A stretch of DNA of 40,000 nucleotides from an uncultured Actinomycetota bacterium (GCA_963750335.1 CAVVQD010000001.1:296237-336236), one strand, 5' to 3'; counted from the first letter of the stretch, positions 25,874 through 34,836 are shown. Notes: a model not told the origin generated them from the letters alone. Numbers and translations are program-made.

Positions 25874-26950
25874 GGGTCGGCATCGTCGGCTGCGGCGCCA
25901 TCGTCGGGCAGTACCTCGAGACGTTCGCCCGGCGTGAGCGCGGTCGACCTCGTCGCCGTCGCCGACCGGGACCCGGCCAGGGCGCAGACGGTCGCCGCCC
26001 AGAGGCCCGGGGTGCGGGCGCTGAGCGTCGACGACCTGCTCGCCGACGACGCAGGTCGACGTGGTCCTCAACCTCACCGTCCCCGCGGCGCACGCCGAGG
26101 TCGGCCGGCGCGTGGTCGCGGCCGGCAAGCACCTGTACGGCGAGAAGCCGCTGACCGCCACCACGGCCGAGGCGGTCGAGCTGCTCGATGCGGCCCGCGC
26201 CGCCGGGGTGCTCGTCGGCTGCGCCCCGGACACCGTCCTGGGGACGGGCGTGCAGACCGCGCGCAAGGCGCGTCGACGACGGGCTCGTCGGGGCCCCGGT
26301 CTTCGCTACCGCGACCATGATCACGGCGGGCCACGAGCGCTGGCACCCGGACCCGGACTTCTACTACGTGCCCGGCGGCGGGCCGCTCATGGACATGGGC
26401 CCGTACTACGTGACCACGCTGGTGACGCTGCTCGGGCCGGTCTCGTCGGTCGTCGGGGCGGGCAGCCGCACCCGGGGCGAGCGGACCATCGCCACCGGCC
26501 CGCGGGCCGGGCAGAGCGTGCCGGTCGACCACGGACACGCACGTGAGCGCGGTGCTCACGCACGCGTCGGGGGTGCTGTCGACGCTGGTCATGAGCTTCG
26601 ACGGGGTGGCCACCCGCACGCCCAACATCGAGGTGCACGGCGAGCGGGGCAGCCTCGTGCTGCCCGACCCCAACTACTTCGACGGCGAGGTCCGGCTCCG
26701 CACCCTGGACCAGGACGACTGGTCGGTGCTGCCGATGTCGGCCGGGTACGAGGACGCGGGCCGCGGCTACGGCCTCGCCGACATGGCGCGCACGCCCGCC
26801 GGGCAGCCGCACCGGGCCAGCGGCGAGCTCGCGCTGCACGTGCTCGAGATCATGGAGTCCGTGCTCGCCTCGGCCGCGAGCGGGACGTCGGTGACGCTGC
26901 GGAGCACGGTCGAGCGGCCTGCGGCGGTGCCGCTCGGGTCGCTGCCCTGA
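25870..26950 (+). pseudogene. Gfo/Idh/MocA family oxidoreductase. Needs four frame corrections.
   Basis: The gene reads through these segments:
- 'MRVGIVGCGAIVGQYLETFAR'
- 'SAVDLVAVADRDPARAQTVAA...'
- 'QVDVVLNLTVPAAHAEVGRRVVAAGKHLYGEKPL...'
- 'VDDGLVGAPVFATATMITAGHERWHPDPDFYYVPGGGPLMDMGPYYVT...'
- 'TDTHVSAVLTHASGVLSTLVMSFDG...*'
The pieces come from ORFs 25858, 25934, 26061, 26188 and 26543 in turn. Frame changes lie near ~25932, ~26051, ~26271 and ~26530, and all are in the same (+1) direction. Confidence 0.85.
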
Positions 26951-26957
26951 GGGAGCC

Positions 26958-27360
26958 GTGAGCAGCTGCTGGGTCTTCCACGCCACCCCGAGGGGGAGCC
27001 GGGTCCTCGAGGACCTGAGGGGCGGGGAGGTGACGACCCGGCGCTGCGTGACGCAGCACGCCCGCGACATCCGGGTCGGGGACGGCGTGCTGCTGTGGCT
27101 GAGCGGGCCGGGCGCCGGCGTCTACGCGATCGGGACGGTCGCGGAGGACGTCGTCGAGGACGTGAGCCAGATGGGCACGCGGCCCAGCCGGTCCTGCCTG
27201 CTCAGGTGGGACGAGGTCCGGCCGGACGACCCCATCAGCAAGGCCCGGCTGCTCGCGGTCGGTGGGTTCGCGCAGGCGCGCATCGTCCGTCAGCCCATGG
27301 GCGGCAACCCGCTGCGGTTCGACGCCAGAGGAGTGGGACGTGGTGCAGGCCCTGCGGTAG
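26958..27360 (+). pseudogene. EVE/PUA-like domain protein (probable). Needs one frame correction near the C-terminus.
   Basis: 'SSCWVFHATPRGSRVLEDL...IRVGDGVLLWLSGPGAGVYAIGTV' fits the stand-alone EVE-type pattern. The natural end 'EEWDVVQALR*' (TAG at 27358-27360) is one frame off from '...GNPLRFDA'. The frame change lies near ~27325. Confidence 0.5.
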
Positions 27361-27365
27361 CGGGC

Positions 27366-28031
27366 TCAGCGGCTCGCGCGGGCCAGCGGGGTGCCGTCCA
27401 GCGCGTGCCGGAAGGCCACCAGCGAGTCGAAGACCTGCAGGACGCCGGCCTCCTGCAGCTCGCCGACCGAGAAGCCGCCGGTGCGCACCCCGAGGGTCGG
27501 CATCTGCAGCTTGGCCGCCGCCTGGGCGTCGTAGACGGAGTCGCCGACCATGACGCCGCTGCGCGCCCTCCGACCTTGGCCAGCGCGGCCGCCAGAGGTC
27601 CGGCTCGGGCTTGCTCTTCTGCACGTCGTCGGAGGTGGTCCAGGCGTCGGCGAGGGACTTGCCGTCGATCAGGTCGAGGAAGGCCTCGACGTGCTCGGTC
27701 TTCCCGGAGCTGGCCAGCACGAGCCGGAACCCGCGCTCCTTGACCTCGGCGAGCAGCTCGTGCGGCGCCCTCGAAGGGCTGGACCTCGCCGATCAGCTCG
27801 TCGAACTCCTCTGTCCAGGCGTCGCGCAGCTCGTCGCCGTGCGCCTGCTCGACCTCCGGGCCGGCCACCTCGGTGACGAACAGGTCCCCGCCCATGCCGA
27901 TGGCGCGGTGCGAGGCGCCACAGCGGCCGGGTGATGTCGAAGCGGCGGAACGCCCGGAACCAGGCGAGGGCGTGCTGGTAGTTGGTGTCCACGAGGGTGC
28001 CGTCGACGTCGAAGATCGCGGTGTCGGCCAT
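27366..28031 (-). pseudogene. HAD-superfamily hydrolase (phosphatase). Needs four frame corrections.
   Basis: The gene reads through these segments:
- 'MADTAIFDVDGTLVDTNYQHALAWFRAFRRF' (DxDGT motif I)
- 'HRAIGMGGDLFVTEVAGPEVEQAHGDELRDAW...'
- 'HELLAEVKERGFRLVLASSGKTEHVEAFLDL...SKPEPDL'
- 'LAAALAKVGG'
- 'VMVGDSVYDAQAAAKLQMPTLGVRTGG...*'
The pieces come from ORFs 27669..28031, 27290..27895, 27235..27720, 27290..27895 and 27366..27551 in turn. Frame changes lie near ~27918, ~27765, ~27600 and ~27563. Confidence 0.8.
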
Positions 28032-28165
28032 GGTTGACGTCCTACCCCGGGTCCGTACGGGTACTCAGAGACCGGCTCCTTCTGGCGACGCGAGCGACGA
28101 CGGGCCCCCGGCGCGCCACCGGCCCGCCCCCGAGGAGGGGACGGGCCGGTGCCGAGCGAGGCGGG

Positions 28166-30099
28166 TCAGCCCACCGGGTACCGCACGAGGTACGCGGGGT
28201 CCTCGTAGTTGTCCGGGTCGCCCACGGGCGGGATCCCGTCGACGCGGTCACCCACCCCGTTGACGATGTGGTTGATGATCCCGGGCCCGCTGAGGTTCTT
28301 CGTCATGATGTGGTTGAGGACGACGCCGGGGGTCTGCGGCACCTCGTAGCCGTTCTCGGTGACGATCGACGGGTTGTTGCGGTTGAACACGTAGACGCCG
28401 CCGCCGGTCAGGGTGTGCGTCTTCACGTCGTCGGCCACCTTGTACGCGGCCCAGCCCAGCGTGCCGTCGTCCGCGGTCCAGTCGGCCTGGGTCGGCGGGT
28501 CGTAGGGCAGCTCGTTCTGGAAGAACAGCACCTGGCCGCCCTCGCCGTTCCAGACGACGTTGTGCTCCTGGAAGTGCTCGACGAAGAACCCGGTCGCGGT
28601 GACCCGGTCGCCGTTGACGACCACGCCGTTGCGACCGGTGTTGGTCCGCCAGCGCACGTTGTCGCCGAAGACGCCGTCGGTGCGGTCGAAGCCCTCGATG
28701 CCGTGGTCGGCCCGCCACACCCAGGTGTGGTCGACGAGCACGTCGTCGCTGTTGATCTCGAGCGCCACGTCGGTCTTGCCGACGTAGGGCCCGCCGACGC
28801 GGAAGTACACGTCGGACAGCGTGGTCGGGTTGCTCGCGCTGGACTTGTTGGCCGCCGAGGGGCCGTTCGGCCTTGCCGACGCGGAGCAGCGCGGGCGACT
28901 CGACCGCGCCGGCGTCGACGGTGAGGCCGGCGACGACGACGCCCGGGACGTCGGCGACGGTCAGCGGCACGGAGCCGCCGACGGAGTGCAGCGTGGCCAG
29001 GCCGAGGCCGAGCACGACCGTGTCCGGCACGCTTGACCGCGATGCTCTGCGCCACGTCGTAGACGCCGGGGGTGAGCAGCAGGTGCTTGCCGCGGGCGAG
29101 CTGGTTGTTGATGACCTGGACGCAGTCGCCCGGCTTCGCGACGTAGAAGTCGGTGAGCGGGACGGTGCGGCCCGCGGTCTGGCCGTCGGCCCAGGTGATG
29201 CCGCGGGTGCCGGTCCGCGCGGACGGCACGCGCACCTGGTAGGCGCCCTTGCGGTCGAGGAACAGGTACGGCTTCTCGCGGCTCAGCGGGGTGGTCGCGA
29301 GGGTCGTGTACGGGACGGTCGGGTAGTCCGCGTCGTCGGGGGCGCCGACGACGCCGGAGAAGACCTGGTTCCAGACGGCGTTCGACCAGCCGCCGACCTG
29401 GCTGTCGCGGGTGAAGTACTGCTGCTGCGACCCGTTGACGACGGTGCCCTCGATGCGGGAGTCGGCGATGAAGCCGCCGCTGGCGAACGACGGCTGGGTG
29501 CAGTAGTCCATGAGGCTCGTGGTGCCGCCGCGCAGGTCGACCCGGCGCATGGAGACCGCCTGCGAGGCGGCCCAGAAGTTGGCCGAGTTGGCGCAGCCGT
29601 CGGGGCCCTGCTTGGTGATGTCGATGGTGAGGTTGGAGACGCCGCGCCAGAAGTTGTTGAGCGCGAAGCACCCGATGAACTCCGGGTTGGTCGGGTCGTC
29701 GAAGCACTGGTTGTAGACCTCGACCGCACCGTTGATGACCACGTCGCCGGGCTGCGCGCCCAGGCCGATCACCTCGGTGTAGTAGCCGACCTTGATCTGC
29801 AGCGGCGCGGCGTCGGTGCCGTACACGCCGGGCTCGAAGAGCAGCGCGTAGCGGTCGCTGCCCATCTCGGCCCCGACCTGCTCGGCGTAGACCGCGTCGA
29901 CCGTCGCCTGGATCTCGCCGACCGGCATGCTCGGGTCGAACACGATCGTGCCGGGACCGAGGTCGGGGTCGGTGGCCGAGGTGCTGGGGGGCGGGGCGGC
30001 CGAGGCGGCGGCGACCGGCACGAGGGCCAGCGCGACTCCGACGACCAGGGCCTGGCCGAGCCGTCGTGCGGTGCCGCCGCGGGGTGCCCGACCGAGCAT
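28166..30099 (-). pseudogene. Secreted pectin-lyase-fold (right-handed beta-helix) protein, probably a glycoside hydrolase. Needs two frame corrections.
   Basis: ATG at 30099 with signal peptide 'MLGRAPRGGTARRLGQALVVGVALALVPVAAASA'. Then '...IKVGYYTEVIGLG...NFWRGVSNLTI...YDVAQSIAVK' (frame of ORF 28423..30792), 'PDTVVLGLGLATLHSVGGSVPLTVADVPGVVVAGLTVDAG...LLRVG' (ORF 28248..29030) and 'SNPTTLSDVYFRVGGPYVGK...DHTWVWRADHG...*' (ORF 28166..28810). Frame changes lie near ~29038 and ~28855. The exact enzymatic family is not resolved by eye. Confidence 0.6.
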
Positions 30100-30303
30100 G
30101 GCTGTTCTCACCGATGGACTCCTTCGTCCTGTGGGCTGGGGTCGTCCGCGCCGTCCGGCATGGTGCTGGGCCGTTCGGGTGAGCGGACAGCCGAACTGTC
30201 GCACGTCGCGGCCACGGCGGCGAGAGCGCGGCCGCCCCTTCTGTCCGACGTCCTGGCTAGCGTCCGGAGCCCACGGACGACCGACCGACGGAAGGGGACC
30301 GCC

Positions 30304-30885
30304 ATGGTCCACGTGCTGCTGTTCCACCACGCCCTCGGGCTCACCCCCGGCCTGCTCGAGACGGCCGAGCGGCTGAGGTCGGAGGGCCACGAGGTGACGA
30401 CACCGGACCTGTTCGAGGGCCGGACGTTCGCCACCGTCGAGGAGGGTGTCGCGCACGCGTCGGAGACGGGTTTCGGCACCCTGATGGAGCGGGGGGTCGC
30501 GGCCGCGGACGGGCTGCCCGCCGACCTCGTCTACGCGGGCGTCTCGCTCGGGGTGATGCCCGCCCAGCAGCTCGCGCAGACCCGGCCCGGGGCCCGCGGC
30601 GCGGTGCTGCTGGAGGCCGCCGTGCCGACGAGCGAGTTCGGGGGCTGGCCGGCCGGCGTGCCGGTCCAGGTGCACGGGATGGACGCCGACGCGTTCTTCG
30701 CCGACGAGGACCTGCCGGCCGCGCAGGCCCTCGTCGAGGAGGCGTCGGCCGGGGCGTCGGCCGAGCTCTTCCTCTACCCGGGCGACGGGCACCTGTTCGT
30801 CGACCCGTCCTCGCCCGCCTACGACCGGGACGCCGCGGAGCTGGTCCTCACCCGGGTGCAGGGGTTCCTGCGCGGGCTGGGGTAG
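30304..30885 (+). CDS. Dienelactone hydrolase family protein
   Basis: The ATG at 30304 is the start, in the tail of ORF 28873..30885. 'MVHVLLFHHALGLTPGLLETAERLRSEGHEVTTPDLFEG...YAGVSLGVMPAQ...LYPGDGHLF' is present and the frame is intact. Confidence 0.7.
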   Translation: MVHVLLFHHALGLTPGLLETAERLRSEGHEVTTPDLFEGRTFATVEEGVAHASETGFGTLMERGVAAADGLPADLVYAGVSLGVMPAQQLAQTRPGARGAVLLEAAVPTSEFGGWPAGVPVQVHGMDADAFFADEDLPAAQALVEEASAGASAELFLYPGDGHLFVDPSSPAYDRDAAELVLTRVQGFLRGLG

Positions 30886-31045
30886 CCGACCGGCCGGGCA
30901 CGGCCAGGTACCGCCGGGGCGGCCTGCTGCCTCAGGCGGCGAGGGCGTCGGTCACCTCGCGGGAGCCGTCCAGGGTGACCACGTGCACGCCGAGCAGGTG
31001 CGGCCCGCCCTCGCAGGCCCGCTGCGCGGCGCGCCGACGACCAGG

Positions 31046-32254
31046 TCAGCCGACGACCCGCACGCCGTCCTTCCACACCTCGCGGACCCGGTCGCGCAGC
31101 CCGTCCAGCTGCAGCGCGTCGCCCTCGACGACGACCACGTCGGCGCGCAGGCCCGGCGCCAGGCGTCCGACCTGGTCCTGCATCCCGAGCAGCGCGGCCG
31201 CCCCCGACGTGGTCGCGGCCAGCACCTGCGCGGGCGTCATGCCGCCGGCAGCCATCAGGGGCAGCTCGTCGAGGTTGGTGCCGTGCGGGGACACGGCCGC
31301 GTCGGTGCCCATCGCCACCTTGACCCCGGCGGCGACGGCGCGGGCGAAGGAGTCCCGGTGCACCTCGACCACGCCGCGCGCCTTGGTCACGCTCGACTCG
31401 GGGATGGACGCCCCCGCCTCGGCGGCCTTGATGACCGCGAGGGGCGCGGACAGCGTCGGCACGAGCCAGGTGCCGTGGGCGAGCATGAGCTCGATCGCCT
31501 CGTCGTCCAGGTAGATGCCGTGCTCGATGGACCGGATGCCCGCGCGGACGGCGTTCTTGATGCCCGGGCGCGCCCTGCGCGTGCGCCATCACCGAGGCGC
31601 CCTGGGCGGCGGCCTCGGCCACCATCACCTCGAGCTCGGCGGGGGAGAAGTGGGCGTGCTTGCGGGTCGTCGGTGGGGGAGAGGACGCCGCCGGTGGTGT
31701 GGACCTTGATGACGTCGGCGCCGGCCCGCAGCATCTGCCGCACGGTGCGCCGGACCTCGTCCGGGCCGTCGGCCAGCCCGGACGGGCGCCCCGGGTGGGG
31801 GACGAAGAACTCCAGGTGCGTGCCGGAGGGCAGCCAGTCGTCGCCGTGCCCGCCGGTGATGCTCAGCGGGGCGACGGAGATCTGCATCCGGGGCCCGGCG
31901 ACCAGCCCGTCGTCGACGGCCTTCTTCACGCCGAGGTCGGCCCCGCCGGCGTCGCGCACGGTGGTGATGCCGGCCGCCAGGGTGGCGCCGAGGTTCTGGA
32001 CCGCCTCGTAGAAGGAGTAGCTGAACGGGGTGTACGCCATCCGCAGCGAGTCGACGCTGGTGACCATCACGTGCACGTGGCAGTCGAGGAGGCCGGGCAG
32101 CACGGTCGTGCCCGTGCAGTCGACCTCGACGTCGCCGTCCAGCCCGGTGCCGACGTCGACGACCCGGCCGTCCTCGACGACCACGTCGCCGGCGCGCGGG
32201 CCCGGCACCCGTCCCGTCGAAGACGGTGCCGCCGGTGAACAGGGTGCGGGTCAT
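31046..32254 (-). pseudogene. Amidohydrolase family protein (metal-dependent, HxH 'DCHVHV'). Needs three frame corrections.
   Basis: The gene reads through these segments:
- 'MTRTLFTGGTVFDGTG'
- 'GDVVVEDGRVVDVG...VLPGLLDCHVHV...TTVRDAGG...IKVHTTGGVLSPTDDP'
- 'KHAHFSPAELEVMVAEAAAQGASVMAHAQGAPG'
- 'IKNAVRAGIRSIEHGIYLDDEAIELMLAHGTWLVPTL...KVAMGTDA...*'
The pieces come from ORFs 31625..32368, 31387..32208, 30819..31628 and 31046..31486 in turn. Frame changes lie near ~32200, ~31672 and ~31563. The start overlaps the epimerase stop (ATGA). Confidence 0.8.
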
Positions 32255-33165
32255 GCGCCGGCCCCGTCGCGCAGGCCCTCGCGGAGCTCGTCCAGCGCGG
32301 TGGCCAGGTCGACCGTCGGCGACCAGCCCCAGGCGGCGGCCCGGTCGGCGTGCAGCCGGCCGGTCCACACCGGCTCGTCGGTCCAGTCCGGCTCCACGCC
32401 GAGCGCCTCGGTCACCGCGCCGTGGTACTCGCGCCAGGTGGCGTGCTCACCGGCCACGACCACGGCGGTCGTCCCGCCCTCGACGGGCCCGCGGGCCGGG
32501 TCGTCGGAGGTCGCGACGGCGCCGGTGGCCACGTCGGCGAGCAGGGCCGCGAGGTCGTCGACGTGGACCCAGCCGAAGGTCTTGGCCGGGTTGGCCTCGC
32601 GGCGCCCCTCGCGGACGGTCGCCGGACGGACGGTGTTCCAGATCGAGGTCTCGGCCCGGCCGAGGATGGCCGGCGGGCGGACGAGGACCAGGGTGAGGCC
32701 GCCGACCGCGGCCAGGGCGGCGTCGGTGTCGCGCTTGGTCACCGGGTAGTCGCCGGCGCCGTCGCCGACGAGGGGGCTGTCGTCGCTCACGTCGCCGACG
32801 CCCGGGCTGGTGTCGTAGACCGCGACCGTGGAGACGTGGACGAAGCGCGGGACACCGGCGTCGCGGGCGGCGCGGGCGAGCACCGGGGTGCCCTCGACGG
32901 CGACGCGCTGCTGGGTCTGCAGGTCCGAGCCCATGGGGTGCACGGTGGTGACGACCGCGTCGGCCCCGGCGACGACCTCGCGGGCCACGTCGGGGTCGGA
33001 GAACTCGCCCACGTGCTCGGTCACGCCGTCCAGGGCGGGGGCGGTCCCGGCCCGGCGGACCACCGCGCGGACCTGGGCGCCGCGCTCGACGAGGGTGCGG
33101 CAGAGGCGCTCGCCGACGAGGCCGTTGGCTCCGGTGACGACGACGACGGGGGAGATATCGGTCAT
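32251..33165 (-). CDS. NAD-dependent epimerase/dehydratase family protein
   Basis: Intact 304-aa ORF. Rossmann motif 'VVVTGANGLVGERL' and 'RFVHVSTVAVY...YPVTK' (YxxxK) are present. Confidence 0.8.
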   Translation of the reverse strand: MTDISPVVVVTGANGLVGERLCRTLVERGAQVRAVVRRAGTAPALDGVTEHVGEFSDPDVAREVVAGADAVVTTVHPMGSDLQTQQRVAVEGTPVLARAARDAGVPRFVHVSTVAVYDTSPGVGDVSDDSPLVGDGAGDYPVTKRDTDAALAAVGGLTLVLVRPPAILGRAETSIWNTVRPATVREGRREANPAKTFGWVHVDDLAALLADVATGAVATSDDPARGPVEGGTTAVVVAGEHATWREYHGAVTEALGVEPDWTDEPVWTGRLHADRAAAWGWSPTVDLATALDELREGLRDGAGA

Positions 33166-33251
33166 GGTCCGACCCTGCCACCGCGTCCCCGCCGGCGCCC
33201 GAGGAGGGCGGCCGGACGAATGGGGGCGCCCTCAGCGGGCACCGGGCGACC

Positions 33252-33515
33252 ATGACGACCACCAGCCACCACCGCCCCGGCACCGCTGGACGGCGCGCCG
33301 TCGCCGCCGTGCTCCTGGCCGCCGTCCTGCCGCTCGCCGCGTGCAGCGACGAGCCCGCCGACCCCGGGCCGGCGCCCGCCCCCGCCGAGCCGACCGAGAC
33401 CTCGGACCCTGAGGGCACGGCCACCGCCACCAGCACCGAGGAGCCGACCGAGGACCCGGCGGCCACGCCGGAGCAGAGCGTGCTCCCCTCGGACGGTGCC
33501 TCGACCACCGGCTGA
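33252..33515 (+). CDS. Small acidic Pro/Thr/Glu-rich lipoprotein
   Basis: 'MTTTSHHRPGTAGRRAVAAVLLAAVLPLAAC' (signal peptide plus lipobox) is followed by a low-complexity acidic tail. Confidence 0.55.
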   Translation: MTTTSHHRPGTAGRRAVAAVLLAAVLPLAACSDEPADPGPAPAPAEPTETSDPEGTATATSTEEPTEDPAATPEQSVLPSDGASTTG

Positions 33516-33564
33516 GCACACGGCCGGGCAGGCCCGGTCCGGGCGCGTCCGGTGGGCGGACCGG

Positions 33565-34098
33565 TCAGGCCGCCGGCGCGCCGTGGGGGAGGGGGCGGAC
33601 GGCCCGGCGCCGTCCCGCCCTCCGGTCGCGGTCGCGCCGGGCCCACCGGTGCGCCCCGCCCACGACCGCCGTCCACACGAGCGCCAGCGACGCGAGGGCG
33701 GCGAGCGCGCCGAGCGGCTCGGTGACCACGAACGTCGGGACCAGCCGTCCGGGCACCGCCACGGCGCCGACGAACGCGCCGACCAGCCCCAGGTAGCTGC
33801 CGAGCATGTTGCCGCGGTGCGCCTGGCGGTCGTGCCGCCGGGCGGCGCGGACCCCCAGCACCAGCGCGGTGAGGGTGACCAGCGAGAGCACGTGCAGCAC
33901 GCTGAACCGGCCGTCGCGCAGGTCGCGGACCGCGAACGACGACGTCGCCACGAAGGTCATGCCGGACACCCACGCCCAGCCGACGACGCGGTGGACGGTG
34001 TCGCCCTTGCGGCGGCGGAGCAGCGCGTACCCGCCCAGGCCGAGCGCGAGGACGGCGGTCGCGGCGTGGGCGACGAGCAGGGCGAGCGGTGCGGTCAT
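33565..34098 (-). CDS. DUF2306-like integral membrane protein
   Basis: 177 aa with four or five hydrophobic helices and 'HRVVGWAWV...' and 'HRGNMLGSYLGL' motifs. The start overlaps the marR stop (ATGA at 34095-34098). Confidence 0.6.
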   Translation of the reverse strand: MTAPLALLVAHAATAVLALGLGGYALLRRRKGDTVHRVVGWAWVSGMTFVATSSFAVRDLRDGRFSVLHVLSLVTLTALVLGVRAARRHDRQAHRGNMLGSYLGLVGAFVGAVAVPGRLVPTFVVTEPLGALAALASLALVWTAVVGGAHRWARRDRDRRAGRRRAVRPLPHGAPAA

Positions 34099-34538
34099 GG
34101 TCGGGCCTCCGGGTCAGGGGCGGTGCCGTCGAGCGCCCGGACCAGGCTCCGGGTGTCGGCGGCGTACCGGGCGTAGTCGACGCCGCTGCCCTGCACGAGG
34201 CCGGCGAGGCGTCCTTCCAGCAGGGCGGCGCAGGCCTCGACCTGCTCCGCGCCGGCAGGGGTGAGGGCGAGCCGCCGACGGTTGCCCCCGGCGGGGTCGG
34301 GGGTCGCCTCGAGCAGGCCCGCCTCGGCGAGCACCCCGACCATGCGGCTGGTCGACGGCTCGGTCACGCCCAGCCGCTCGGCGAGGACCTTCTGCGTCGG
34401 GGCGCCCTCGCCCACCAGCACCAGGGCGAGGAACCGGCGGTAGGGCAGGGCCAGGTGGGCGCGGAGCAGCCGGTCCGCCTCGCGGTCGAGGCGCGCGGTC
34501 AGGGCGTGGAGGTCGAAGGCGAGCGAACGGTCCGGCAT
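34095..34538 (-). CDS. MarR family transcriptional regulator
   Basis: 'LPYRRFLALVLVGEGAPTQKVLAERLGVTEPSTSRMVGVLAEAGLLEATPDPAGGNRRRLALTPAG' is a typical MarR wHTH. Confidence 0.85.
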   Translation of the reverse strand: MPDRSLAFDLHALTARLDREADRLLRAHLALPYRRFLALVLVGEGAPTQKVLAERLGVTEPSTSRMVGVLAEAGLLEATPDPAGGNRRRLALTPAGAEQVEACAALLEGRLAGLVQGSGVDYARYAADTRSLVRALDGTAPDPEARP

Positions 34539-34547
34539 CCACCAAGA

Positions 34548-34565
34548 CTAAGCATTCTAACTTAG
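34548..34565. promoter_or_regulatory. AT-richer palindrome in the marR / lipoprotein divergent intergenic region, a candidate MarR operator
   Basis: 'CTAAG-CATTCTAA-CTTAG' was read directly, 10 nt upstream of the marR start codon. It is the most AT-rich stretch of the local region. Confidence 0.4.
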
Positions 34566-34632
34566 CCAGGCAAGATCCTGACGGCGCCTGTCTCGAAGGC
34601 ATGGGCAGGGCGCAGGGGGGCAGCCCACGTCC

Positions 34633-34827
34633 ATGACGACCACAAGGTCTGCGGCGACCGGCCGGTCGACGGTCGTCGCCGCAGCTGTCCTGCTCGCCGT
34701 GCTCCCGCTGTCCGCCTGCGGCGAGGATGCTCCTGCGGCACCGGCGCCCGGTGAGGCGAGCACGGGCGTGCCGCTGAACGTGGGCAGCGAGGACCCGGTG
34801 GCGACGGCCACCGAGGCCGTCCCCTGA
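34633..34827 (+). CDS. Small lipoprotein, paralogue-like to 33252..33515
   Basis: 'MTTTRSAATGRSTVVAAAVLLAVLPLSAC' (signal peptide plus lipobox) is followed by a short acidic Pro/Ala-rich tail. Confidence 0.5.
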   Translation: MTTTRSAATGRSTVVAAAVLLAVLPLSACGEDAPAAPAPGEASTGVPLNVGSEDPVATATEAVP

Positions 34828-34836
34828 GCCGCGCGC

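Noticed and set aside
4238-32254. Programmed ribosomal frameshifting or transcriptional slippage as the explanation for the many frame changes.
   Set aside because: There are far too many sites (about 35), in unrelated genes, in both directions. I could not recognise a shared slippery heptamer or a downstream structure. Several occur a few dozen nt apart within one gene.
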